64,000 nt of DNA from Patescibacteria group bacterium (GTDB lineage Bacteria; Patescibacteriota; Gracilibacteria; UM-FILTER-43-11). The notes beneath the pieces are model-generated. The model was not told the origin of the DNA, ran no database searches, and saw only the letters and a list, made by a program, of their open reading frames with translations. Both the position numbers and the translations under genes were made by a program. The stretch spans positions 7,422 through 71,421 of the forward strand of contig JAHJBZ010000033.1 in the NCBI GenBank assembly GCA_018813295.1, written 5' to 3'. Shown here piece by piece: positions 56,292-64,000 of this stretch. The first letter of the stretch is position 1, and the number at the start of each line of letters is the position of its first letter.

Positions 56292-56404
56292 TTTCTGAAT
56301 CCCGACGGAGCCCCGCGAGCGGGAGTCGACGGCTGTCAGCTGAGGAACCAGGGCATCCGCCGCGGCGGACTGCTCCCTCAGAAATCACGAATCATAAATC
56401 ATAA
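56287..56404. repeat. Nested composite: GTGATTTCTGA/TCAGAAATCAC arms around two GC-rich modules
   Basis: cccgacggagccccgcgagcgggagtcgacggctgtcagctgaggaaccagggcatccgccgcggcggac. Confidence 0.85.
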
Positions 56405-57823
56405 ATTACATGTTCCTTCCGGGTGGGATGAGAGGGCAGTTGCGTAATGAACCGTTACATACACCCAATTATCTGAGGAGTCGATTGCAAAACCAACGCC
56501 TATTTCATTGAAGTAGGAATTTGTTACGCTGTCGTAATGAGCTGTATAACTGGTTCCCTCTTCTGCCATGTAGGCATCAAAAACCATTTTGACTCCGTCG
56601 AGAAGTTCTTGGGTACAATCGGAATCACTGCATCGGTATGTTGCATAACCGATATTTTCGCTGTATGTGACACCGCTGTGATTTTCAAAAGTTAAACCTA
56701 GATCTGCGAACCAATCAGTGATCATACTGTAATCGTAATATTCGGTTTGGCCAGGGCGCGAGTGGCTCATTGTGCCTATATCACGGCAATACTGCGACCA
56801 AACTGCAGCACTGTAATCCAGGTAGCCGTTGTAGGTGTAAGCGTGCAAACCTCGCGTAGCGCGGGCGTCGTTGTACCATGTAAGCCAGGTTTCCCGGACT
56901 TCATCCATGTCGATGGAAGATGGTATGTTGCTATCTGCGCAGGATGTATAACCAGCTTCACCGACCGCCTCTGTAAAATCAAATTGTGTGAATGGCTGAT
57001 CTTTAACTTCCTCTAAAATTCTCCATGTCATTTCCGCCATCTCACCGCGGGTGACATTTTGATCGAGGGCGGAAAAGCTTTGCGGAATGTAACTGTTATT
57101 CTGCATTGCCTCTATATATTCCTGATACCAGAGATTAGATTCTACTGCTGGGATTTCGACTTCCAGAGTATTTACCAGAATCTTTGCCGCTTCGGCTAAG
57201 TTGATATTATTGGACGGCCTGAAATATCCATCGGGATAACCACCAATTATTCCCGCATCTTTTGCGTAACAGACGTAGCTTTCATACCATTCTCCGCTCG
57301 GTACATCGGGGAAGCAGCTGCCGGAATATGAAGTTGGTTCAGCTCCAAGTTTTGCGCCGACAATTATTTTTGTAAATTCGGCACGGTTTACGGTTTTATC
57401 AGGTTGATATGATCCATCGCTATAGCCTTCGATAATTTCGTTACCCCCGAGATAGCGGATCGCAGTTTCATAGTCGTGACCGGTGACATCGTAAAGAGGT
57501 TCTGCTGTTGCTTCTTGTACGCTCTGTTTAAATGCCTGATCTGTGGCGGTAAGAAGCCATTGACCGGACCAGCCAGTGATGCCATCTGATGTTTCAACCT
57601 TATACCATCCATCAGTTTCACCAATAACGTGAACAACCTGACCCACCGGAACAGTTGTGAGGATACTGGAACCTTCCATGCAAGCAATATCTCTAACAAA
57701 CATTCCAGTTATCACCACCCCATTCCAATCACGGTCGTAAATTGGGTCCTGAAAACAATCTCCTGCATAGCTTATGGAGCTTAAGGCAAGTAAAGTGAAT
57801 AGGGTTAGGAGGATTTTTTTCAT
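56399..57823 (-). CDS. Secreted SH3 + SLH + CAP-like domain protein
   Basis: VIGETDGWYKV..GW SH3; GYSDGSYQPDKTVNRAEF SLH; YNDARATRGL...SENIG...AHY...IGVG CAP. Confidence 0.85.
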   Translation of the reverse strand: MKKILLTLFTLLALSSISYAGDCFQDPIYDRDWNGVVITGMFVRDIACMEGSSILTTVPVGQVVHVIGETDGWYKVETSDGITGWSGQWLLTATDQAFKQSVQEATAEPLYDVTGHDYETAIRYLGGNEIIEGYSDGSYQPDKTVNRAEFTKIIVGAKLGAEPTSYSGSCFPDVPSGEWYESYVCYAKDAGIIGGYPDGYFRPSNNINLAEAAKILVNTLEVEIPAVESNLWYQEYIEAMQNNSYIPQSFSALDQNVTRGEMAEMTWRILEEVKDQPFTQFDFTEAVGEAGYTSCADSNIPSSIDMDEVRETWLTWYNDARATRGLHAYTYNGYLDYSAAVWSQYCRDIGTMSHSRPGQTEYYDYSMITDWFADLGLTFENHSGVTYSENIGYATYRCSDSDCTQELLDGVKMVFDAYMAEEGTSYTAHYDSVTNSYFNEIGVGFAIDSSDNWVYVTVHYATALSSHPEGTCNL

Positions 57824-57863
57824 GATTTTTGGGTTAAGTTCAGTTTTATTATAACCCAAAGAT

Positions 57864-58463
57864 TTATTTACGTTTAATAAGCTCATTTTCTACGTCCAAC
57901 AAACTGACATCTTTTTCTGCCATTAAGATAAATAAGTGATAGAGAACATCTGCTGATTCTTCAATAACCCGCTTTTTGGATTCTTTTTTAGCGGCGCGAA
58001 TTACCTCTTCTGACTCTTCTTCTACTTTTTCGCAGATTTTGCCAAGACCTTCTTTAAAAAGCGATGCGGTATAAGAATTTTGAGGCAGATTTTTTTTGCG
58101 CTCAGCGATCAGATTGTAGAGGTTTGTTAAAACGTTTTCGCGATCAATCTCACCAAAACATGACACTTCACCCGTGTGGCATGTCGGCCCTTTTGGATCA
58201 ACTGAAATTAATAGTGCATCCTGATCGCAGTCCAGTCTGATATTAATTAGACTAAGACAGTTCCCGCTTTCTTCCCCCTTCATCCAGAGACGTTTTTTAG
58301 TCCGGCTGTAAAAGCAGACTTTTTTAGTTTTAATTGTCTTTTTAAGGGATTCTTGATTCATATAAGCAAGCATTAGGACTTGGCTAGTTTTGTCGTTTTG
58401 GATAACGGCTGGAATTAGTCCATCAATTTTTTGCCAATTGATTTTTGAAACTAAATTTTTCAT
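57864..58463 (-). CDS. hisIE: Bifunctional phosphoribosyl-AMP cyclohydrolase/phosphoribosyl-ATP pyrophosphatase
   Basis: LWMKGEESG, DCDQD, CHTG..SCF; KVEEE, ESADVLYH. Confidence 0.95.
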   Translation of the reverse strand: MKNLVSKINWQKIDGLIPAVIQNDKTSQVLMLAYMNQESLKKTIKTKKVCFYSRTKKRLWMKGEESGNCLSLINIRLDCDQDALLISVDPKGPTCHTGEVSCFGEIDRENVLTNLYNLIAERKKNLPQNSYTASLFKEGLGKICEKVEEESEEVIRAAKKESKKRVIEESADVLYHLFILMAEKDVSLLDVENELIKRK

Positions 58464-59983
58464 GGTCGTATTTGAATATTATTAGATATAAGGTAGTTTT
58501 TAAGGTCTGGAATACTCAATTCACCGTAGTGAAACAAACTGGCAGCAAGTGCCGCATCTACTTTCCCTTTTATAAATGCCTCTAAAAAATCTTCTTTTTT
58601 GCCGGCTCCGCTGGAAGCAATAATGGGTAAATTTACGTTTTCTGCGATTGCTCTCAGGAGGTCAATGTCATAACCTGTTTTTGTTCCATCGCGATCGAGA
58701 GAGTTTATTAATAATTCACCGGCGCCAATCTCTTCCATTTGTTTTGCAAATTTAACGGCATCATTTTTTGTATTTTCCCGGCCGCCTTTTATGAATACTT
58801 CCCAACGATTATTTACCCGCTTGGCATCGACAGAAACTACGATGCATTGATTGCCAAATTTCTGAGAAGCCTGCCGAATAAATTCCGGATTTTGCACAGC
58901 AATAGAACAAATAGACACTTTATCTGCGCCGTTTTTAAGGAGAGCATTAATGTCATCCAGCGTTCGAATACCACCCCCAACAGTAAATGGAATATTGATA
59001 TTTTCAGCGATCCGGCGAACCAGCTTGTAAAAAGTGGGGCGGTTTTCTATCGTGGCTGTAATATCTAAAAAAATAAGTTCGTCGGCTCCCTGATCCGAAT
59101 AAAATTTACCTAGTTTTACAGGATCGCCAGCATCTTTAAGATTTTTAAAGTTAACCCCTTTTACCGTTCGGCCATTGGCAATATCCATACATGGGATAAT
59201 TCGTTTTGTGAGGGTTGATGGGTTCCCCGAAGACGCAAACCCCCTAGCCCCCTTATCAGCGGGGATATTGCGCCTTCGGGGGCGCGAAATATCTCTGAGA
59301 TTTATCTTTTTCTCGTAAATCGCTTTACCGATAATTGCGCCCTGCACGCCTGTTGATTCTAATGTTCTAATGTCTGACAGATTTGAGACGCCGCCAGCAA
59401 CAATTACCTTAAACCCCATATCCGTAAGATTTTTCCCCAGTTCAAAATTTGGAGAAATGAGAGTTCCGTCCCGCGCAATATCCGTCACAACGACATTGAC
59501 CACACCAAGCCCTTTTAATATTGCAGCAAAATCCAGATAATCTTTTGTTGTTTCCCTCTGCCATCCATTAATGGCAACCTTACCATTTTTTATATCAATT
59601 CCTACAACGATGCGATCCGTACCGTAACGTTGAATTATTTCCTTTAAAAAATTTATGTCTTCAAGAGCCTTAGTGCCGACAATAACACGTTCAATACCTG
59701 ACTTAATGCAGGTTTCAATATCTTGTATAGAACGAATGCCGCCTCCTGTTTGAACAGGTATATTGATGGATTTTTGAATTTGAATAATCAGATCACGATT
59801 GATCATTTTACCCTTTTTTGCCCCATCCAAATCCACAATATGAAGCATCTCAGCCCCCTCTTTCTCAAACTGTTTTGCAACTTTAAGCGGATCGGTGTTA
59901 TAAACCTTTTTAGTGCTGAATTTGCCCTGCGTAAGGCGTACGCATTGACCGCCCATGATGTCTATTGCGGGAATAATTAACAT
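58460..59983 (-). CDS. hisA/hisF: Fused HisA-HisF (ProFAR isomerase + IGP synthase cyclase)
   Basis: N-half IIPAIDI.GG.CVRLTQG; C-half LTKRIIPCMD...GADELIFLDI; single frame with no Met at the HisF start. Confidence 0.9.
   Translation of the reverse strand: MLIIPAIDIMGGQCVRLTQGKFSTKKVYNTDPLKVAKQFEKEGAEMLHIVDLDGAKKGKMINRDLIIQIQKSINIPVQTGGGIRSIQDIETCIKSGIERVIVGTKALEDINFLKEIIQRYGTDRIVVGIDIKNGKVAINGWQRETTKDYLDFAAILKGLGVVNVVVTDIARDGTLISPNFELGKNLTDMGFKVIVAGGVSNLSDIRTLESTGVQGAIIGKAIYEKKINLRDISRPRRRNIPADKGARGFASSGNPSTLTKRIIPCMDIANGRTVKGVNFKNLKDAGDPVKLGKFYSDQGADELIFLDITATIENRPTFYKLVRRIAENINIPFTVGGGIRTLDDINALLKNGADKVSICSIAVQNPEFIRQASQKFGNQCIVVSVDAKRVNNRWEVFIKGGRENTKNDAVKFAKQMEEIGAGELLINSLDRDGTKTGYDIDLLRAIAENVNLPIIASSGAGKKEDFLEAFIKGKVDAALAASLFHYGELSIPDLKNYLISNNIQIRP
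59225..59281. repeat. CCGAAGGCG-family REP with nested hairpin forming the HisA-HisF linker
   Basis: CCCCGAAGACGCAA...TTGCGCCTTCGGGG enclosing CCCCTTATCAGCGGGG. Confidence 0.8.
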
Positions 59984-60561
59984 TTTTCTATAAAATTACG
60001 TATTATTTTTTCTCCAATTTTTCCGGATTTTTCCGGGTGGAATTGTGTCGCATAGAAATTGTCTTTTTGAATGACGGAAGAAAATGAAATTCCGTATTTT
60101 GTTTCCCCAACTGTAAATTCATTAATCGGCATGTAATAAGAATTTACAAAATAAAAATATTCATTATCCGGAATTCCGTCTGTTAGAGGTGATGATTTGG
60201 TAAACGAAACTTTGTTCCATCCAATCTGCGGGACTTTTAGATTATTTGAAAAGCGCTTTATTGCTTCCGGAATTATGCCGAGACATTTTGTACTGTCTTC
60301 CTCGGAAAAATCAGCAAGAAGCTGCAGGCCAAGACAGATGCCCAGAAATGGCTGCTTCGCGTTTTGGACAACCTTTATCAGACTGCGCTTTTTAAGCTCT
60401 TCCATGGCCGGCTTAGCGCGTCCGACGCCCGGAAAAATAATTTTGTCAGCTTTCCGGATTTCATCCGGATTAGATGTAATGATGTAATCACAAGCTAATC
60501 GTTTAAGGACGTTTGTAACAGATGCGATGTTGCCAGCGTTGTAGTCGATTATTGAAATCAT
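59977..60561 (-). CDS. hisH: IGP synthase glutaminase subunit
   Basis: IIDYNAGN, FPGVG, GICLGLQ, QFHPEKS. Confidence 0.96.
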   Translation of the reverse strand: MISIIDYNAGNIASVTNVLKRLACDYIITSNPDEIRKADKIIFPGVGRAKPAMEELKKRSLIKVVQNAKQPFLGICLGLQLLADFSEEDSTKCLGIIPEAIKRFSNNLKVPQIGWNKVSFTKSSPLTDGIPDNEYFYFVNSYYMPINEFTVGETKYGISFSSVIQKDNFYATQFHPEKSGKIGEKIIRNFIEKC

Positions 60562-61605
60562 TTATAAAATTCCTTTAGTGGTGGGTAAAATGTTCTGAGC
60601 ACGTTCATCAGTGTCGCAAGCCTGCCTTAAGGATTTTGCAAAACCCTTAAAAATTGCCTCAATTTTGTGGTGTTCGTTCCGGCCATACCTTAGATTGATG
60701 TGAATAGTGGCTTTTAGCGTGTCGGATAATGATTTGAAGAATTGTTCGATTAATTCCGTTGGCAAATCACCGACTTTTTCACGATTAAAATCAACGTTAA
60801 AAATTAAGTTTGAGCGACCTCCCAGATCTAATGCGACTTCAGCTAGTGTTTCGTCCATCGGCAAAAGGAAACCATAACGATTAATTCCTTTTCTGCTGCC
60901 AAGAGCTTTCAGGAGCACTTCTCCAAGAGCTATCCCGACATCTTCAACTGTGTGGTGCTCATCAACATTGAGATCTCCATCTGCCCGGACGATTAAATCG
61001 ATTAATGAGTGTCTGGATAATTGCTGGAGCATGTGATCGAAGAAATTAAGTCCGGTTTTTATCTGATTTTCACCTTTGCCATCCAGATTGCATTGAATGA
61101 AGATATTGGTTTCATTCGTTATGCGTTCAAGGCTGGCTATACGTGGGAATGAGCTATTTGTTTTCACTAAATAAGCACGTATTCCGATATTTTTCGCAAA
61201 TTCCATGTCGGTATTTCTGTCGCCGACCATAAAGGACTTATTGAAATCAATTTCATTATTTTTCAAAAAATCATTTACCAATCCTGTTTTTGGCTTTCTG
61301 CAGTTGCAGTTATCTTCTGAAAAATGCGGACAGATAAAAATCCCTTCAAATTCAATTCCTTCTTTTTTAAGCCGATTTAATAATTCATTTTGTGGTGCAT
61401 CGAAGTTTTTTTGCGGAAAAGAAGGTGTGCCGATTCCATTTTGATTGCTGACCATAACCAATTTATAACCTTCTAATATAAAACTTTTCAACTGACTGAC
61501 TGCTCCGGGCAGTATCTGGAGTTTGTCGATTGAATCGATTTGTTTTGTGTCAGGCGGTTCGTAAATAAGTACGCCATCCCTGTCTAAAAAAGCAATTTTT
61601 TCCAT
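60562..61605 (-). CDS. hisB: Bifunctional histidinol-phosphatase/IGP dehydratase
   Basis: HAD FLDRDG, CRKPKTG; DEHHTVED, NEHHKIE. Confidence 0.95.
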   Translation of the reverse strand: MEKIAFLDRDGVLIYEPPDTKQIDSIDKLQILPGAVSQLKSFILEGYKLVMVSNQNGIGTPSFPQKNFDAPQNELLNRLKKEGIEFEGIFICPHFSEDNCNCRKPKTGLVNDFLKNNEIDFNKSFMVGDRNTDMEFAKNIGIRAYLVKTNSSFPRIASLERITNETNIFIQCNLDGKGENQIKTGLNFFDHMLQQLSRHSLIDLIVRADGDLNVDEHHTVEDVGIALGEVLLKALGSRKGINRYGFLLPMDETLAEVALDLGGRSNLIFNVDFNREKVGDLPTELIEQFFKSLSDTLKATIHINLRYGRNEHHKIEAIFKGFAKSLRQACDTDERAQNILPTTKGIL

Positions 61606-61607
61606 AA

Positions 61608-62642
61608 TTAAAGATTGTTATAAGCATTGATAAATTTTTTCATCTGGTTTTTTGTGCCAATAGTTAAGCGCAGTTGACCATCTTTCTGCGGACGCAAAAG
61701 TATTCCCTGTTTTTTTAAAGATTTAAAAATTTTCTTATTTTTCGATTTAAACAGAATGAAATTCGATCCGCTTTTTATAAATTCAATCTTTTTTTTACGA
61801 AAAAATTTTTCAACCATAGGCTTGGCTTCATTCATTACCTCGTTGACGTACTTTTTTAAGCCGGCAAGATCATTCAGGGAGGCTTTTGCGGCGATGCAGG
61901 CTAAAAAATTTACATCGTACGGTCCGCGTATTTTCATCATTTCCTGAATATTGGACGGTGATGCAATTGCGTAAGCAATGCGCAATGAAGAAAGCCCGAA
62001 TGCCTTGGAAAAAGTTCTGGTAATAACGATATTCGGATATTTTTTTACAAGAGAAACAGCTGTTACCCCGCTAAATTCATAGTAGGCTTCATCTATGTAT
62101 ATGATGCTTTTTGGGGCTTTTTTTGCAATTATTTCGATGACATCAGGTAATATTAATGTTCCTGTTGGATTGTTTGGATTACAGATAACAATTAATTTTA
62201 TTTTCGGTGTAATGGACTGCAAAACTTCCTCAAGCGGGAAGTTTCCATCTGATTTGTACTCCGGTTTGATAATTGTGTTTCCGGCAATTTCCGCGCACTG
62301 ATAAAACATAGCAAAACTCGGCGAAGGAATTATTACCTGATCATCTGCCTTGGTGAATGTCCGGAAAATTAAATCAATCCCCTGGTCTGATCCGCTGGTT
62401 AGCATTATTTGACCGGATTTTACTCCGGCATATTCAGCGATTCGTTTTTGTAAATCATTATATTCGGGGTAAATTTGGAGATCACCGTTTTGTACAAAAT
62501 TGATTAAGGCATTTCGGACTTTTGGACTGGGGGGAATTGTGCGTTCATTAAAATCCAGGAGTATCCCGTTAAATTTTCTTCGCCCGTCAAGAGGTGGGGA
62601 GTAAGGCTTCATCCCTTGAATGTTCAGCTTGGCAAAATTCAT
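61608..62642 (-). CDS. hisC: Histidinol-phosphate aminotransferase
   Basis: LDFNE, CNPNNPTG, DEAYYEF, RTFSKAFGL; start re-called at ATG 62642. Confidence 0.94.
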   Translation of the reverse strand: MNFAKLNIQGMKPYSPPLDGRRKFNGILLDFNERTIPPSPKVRNALINFVQNGDLQIYPEYNDLQKRIAEYAGVKSGQIMLTSGSDQGIDLIFRTFTKADDQVIIPSPSFAMFYQCAEIAGNTIIKPEYKSDGNFPLEEVLQSITPKIKLIVICNPNNPTGTLILPDVIEIIAKKAPKSIIYIDEAYYEFSGVTAVSLVKKYPNIVITRTFSKAFGLSSLRIAYAIASPSNIQEMMKIRGPYDVNFLACIAAKASLNDLAGLKKYVNEVMNEAKPMVEKFFRKKKIEFIKSGSNFILFKSKNKKIFKSLKKQGILLRPQKDGQLRLTIGTKNQMKKFINAYNNL

Positions 62643-62649
62643 ATAATAA

Positions 62650-63930
62650 TTATTTAAAGCGAATTGAAATGGCATTTTTGTGAGCATCCAGGCCTTCATT
62701 TTCTGCAATGGTTTCAACTGTTTCTTTTAGCTTGCGCAAGCCCTCTTTTGATACTTTCTGAACCTGCATCATTTTCCCGAAAGAATCTGTTGAAAGCGGG
62801 GGAAACATTTTCGCGTAACCGGATGTCGGCAGGGTGTGATTAGTACCGCTGGCGTAATCTCCTAACGGTTCGGAGGTATATTTGCCCAGAAATACGGAAC
62901 CGGCATTTATAATTTTGGGAAGTACAGTATTGGGATTTTTAATATCTATTTCCAAATGTTCGGGTGCATATTCATTACTGATTTTGATTGCTTCATCTAA
63001 ATTTTTAACGATAACAATGAAGCTGACTTGTTCAGATTTTGCGATAATGGATTTTCGTGAAAGTTTTTTAGTCTGTATATCAATTTCCTGACAAACTTTT
63101 TTTGCAAAATCCTGATCCGTTGTTAGTAAAACGGCCTGAGAATCTTCTCCATGTTCGAGCTGGGAGAGTAAATCCGCGGCAACCCATGCCGGATTTGCGG
63201 ATTTATCAGCAATAATCAGTACTTCGGATGGGCCGGCAGGCATGTCTATATCCACATCACCGTAAGCAAGAATTTTGGCAGTGGTTACATACTGATTACC
63301 CGGCCCGAAAATTTTATATACCTTTGGAATGGTTTCAGTTCCGTATGCCATGGCCGCAATTGATTGAGCTCCGCCGACTTTAAATATTTTTTTAACTCCG
63401 CAAATGCTGGCGGCCACAAGAACTGCCGGATTGCATTTTCCTTTTCGGTCTGGCGGCGTACAAATAATCACTTCCCGACAGCCAGCTACCTGAGCCGGAA
63501 TAGCCAGCATTAAAACAGTGGATGGATAAGCCGCCTTTCCGCCCGGCACATAAAGCCCGACTTTTTCTATCGGCCGAAATTCCCGCCAGATTTTAACACC
63601 GGCCTGTATTTTAATAGCAGGTTCTTTTTTGCATAAAATTGCTGTGTGGAATTTTTCGATATTCTTCTTTGCCTGCTTTAATGATTTGAGCAGTTTAGGG
63701 CTGATGTTATCCATTGCTTCCTGAATTTCCTCTTTTGTTACCCGGAGACTTTTCAGACTTACACCATCAAATTTCTCCGTCAGACTGAAGAGGGCTTTAT
63801 CCCCATCCCGTCTGACCTGTTCCATGATTGGCAAAACAACAGATTTAACATCTTCTTTTTTGCTTCGGACGCTTTGTATAAGGTTTATAACTTCCTCTAT
63901 ATTGTTTTGTTGGGTATTGATAATTTGCAT
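62650..63930 (-). CDS. hisD: Histidinol dehydrogenase
   Basis: GLYVPGG, FGPGNQYV, DMPAGPSE, APEHLE, GTNHTLPT. Confidence 0.97.
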   Translation of the reverse strand: MQIINTQQNNIEEVINLIQSVRSKKEDVKSVVLPIMEQVRRDGDKALFSLTEKFDGVSLKSLRVTKEEIQEAMDNISPKLLKSLKQAKKNIEKFHTAILCKKEPAIKIQAGVKIWREFRPIEKVGLYVPGGKAAYPSTVLMLAIPAQVAGCREVIICTPPDRKGKCNPAVLVAASICGVKKIFKVGGAQSIAAMAYGTETIPKVYKIFGPGNQYVTTAKILAYGDVDIDMPAGPSEVLIIADKSANPAWVAADLLSQLEHGEDSQAVLLTTDQDFAKKVCQEIDIQTKKLSRKSIIAKSEQVSFIVIVKNLDEAIKISNEYAPEHLEIDIKNPNTVLPKIINAGSVFLGKYTSEPLGDYASGTNHTLPTSGYAKMFPPLSTDSFGKMMQVQKVSKEGLRKLKETVETIAENEGLDAHKNAISIRFK

Positions 63931-64000
63931 GTGAATAAATTGTTAAATGAATTATTAACAGGGCTTTGAATTAAAACCGCCTGGGATTTTAATATCTCCA
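63897..64000 (-). CDS. hisG: Probable C-terminus of ATP phosphoribosyltransferase (partial; looks short-form)
   Basis: Frame reads EILKSQAVLIQSP... to TAG at 63897-63899; usual position upstream of hisD. Confidence 0.45.
   Translation of the reverse strand, partial: EILKSQAVLIQSPVNNSFNNLFTCKLSIPNKTI

Noticed and set aside
1190-56404. CRISPR array
   Set aside because: No constant repeats separated by unique similar-length spacers, and no cas genes
102-63091. Numerous short ORFs antisense to or overlapping recognised genes (e.g. 19852-20247, 48859-49302, 55291-55473)
   Set aside because: Shadow frames of real genes or the tRNA; no recognisable motifs

Overview
AT-rich bacterial chromosome segment using genetic code 11 (ftsK, lepA and others end in TGA). 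Gene content, SLH-bearing secreted proteins, type IV pilus genes and A/T-rich SD-poor start regions are consistent with a Patescibacteria/CPR genome, probably Peregrinibacteria-like (inference). It holds housekeeping genes (ftsK, rsmE, tilS, purH, lepA, ribE/ribH, rpmA, gltX, murB, infC-rpmI-rplT, trxB, rpmE, gyrA, ung, tRNA-Ser), two type IV pilus clusters and a his operon with a HisA-HisF fusion. The most striking unexplained structure is a layered palindrome system. (1) About 25-30 intergenic gaps carry degenerate 7/8/9/12-nt tandem repeats, most arranged as inverted arms, and one such hairpin holds a whole four-helix-bundle (IVP/Avd-like) gene in its loop. (2) A TTGTCTGAAC...GTTCAGACAA MITE-like family sits at TAA stop codons. 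(3) Several GC-rich REP-like palindrome families are nested in those arms or inserted in-frame into tilS, pilB, pilC, the hisA-hisF linker and a stop-interrupted RAYT transposase gene. Also notable: a solo PemK/MazF gene with an operator-like palindrome and a convergent small structured RNA candidate, a synonymous-only duplication of the yggT 3' end around an orphan gene, and two prepilins with no canonical start codon.
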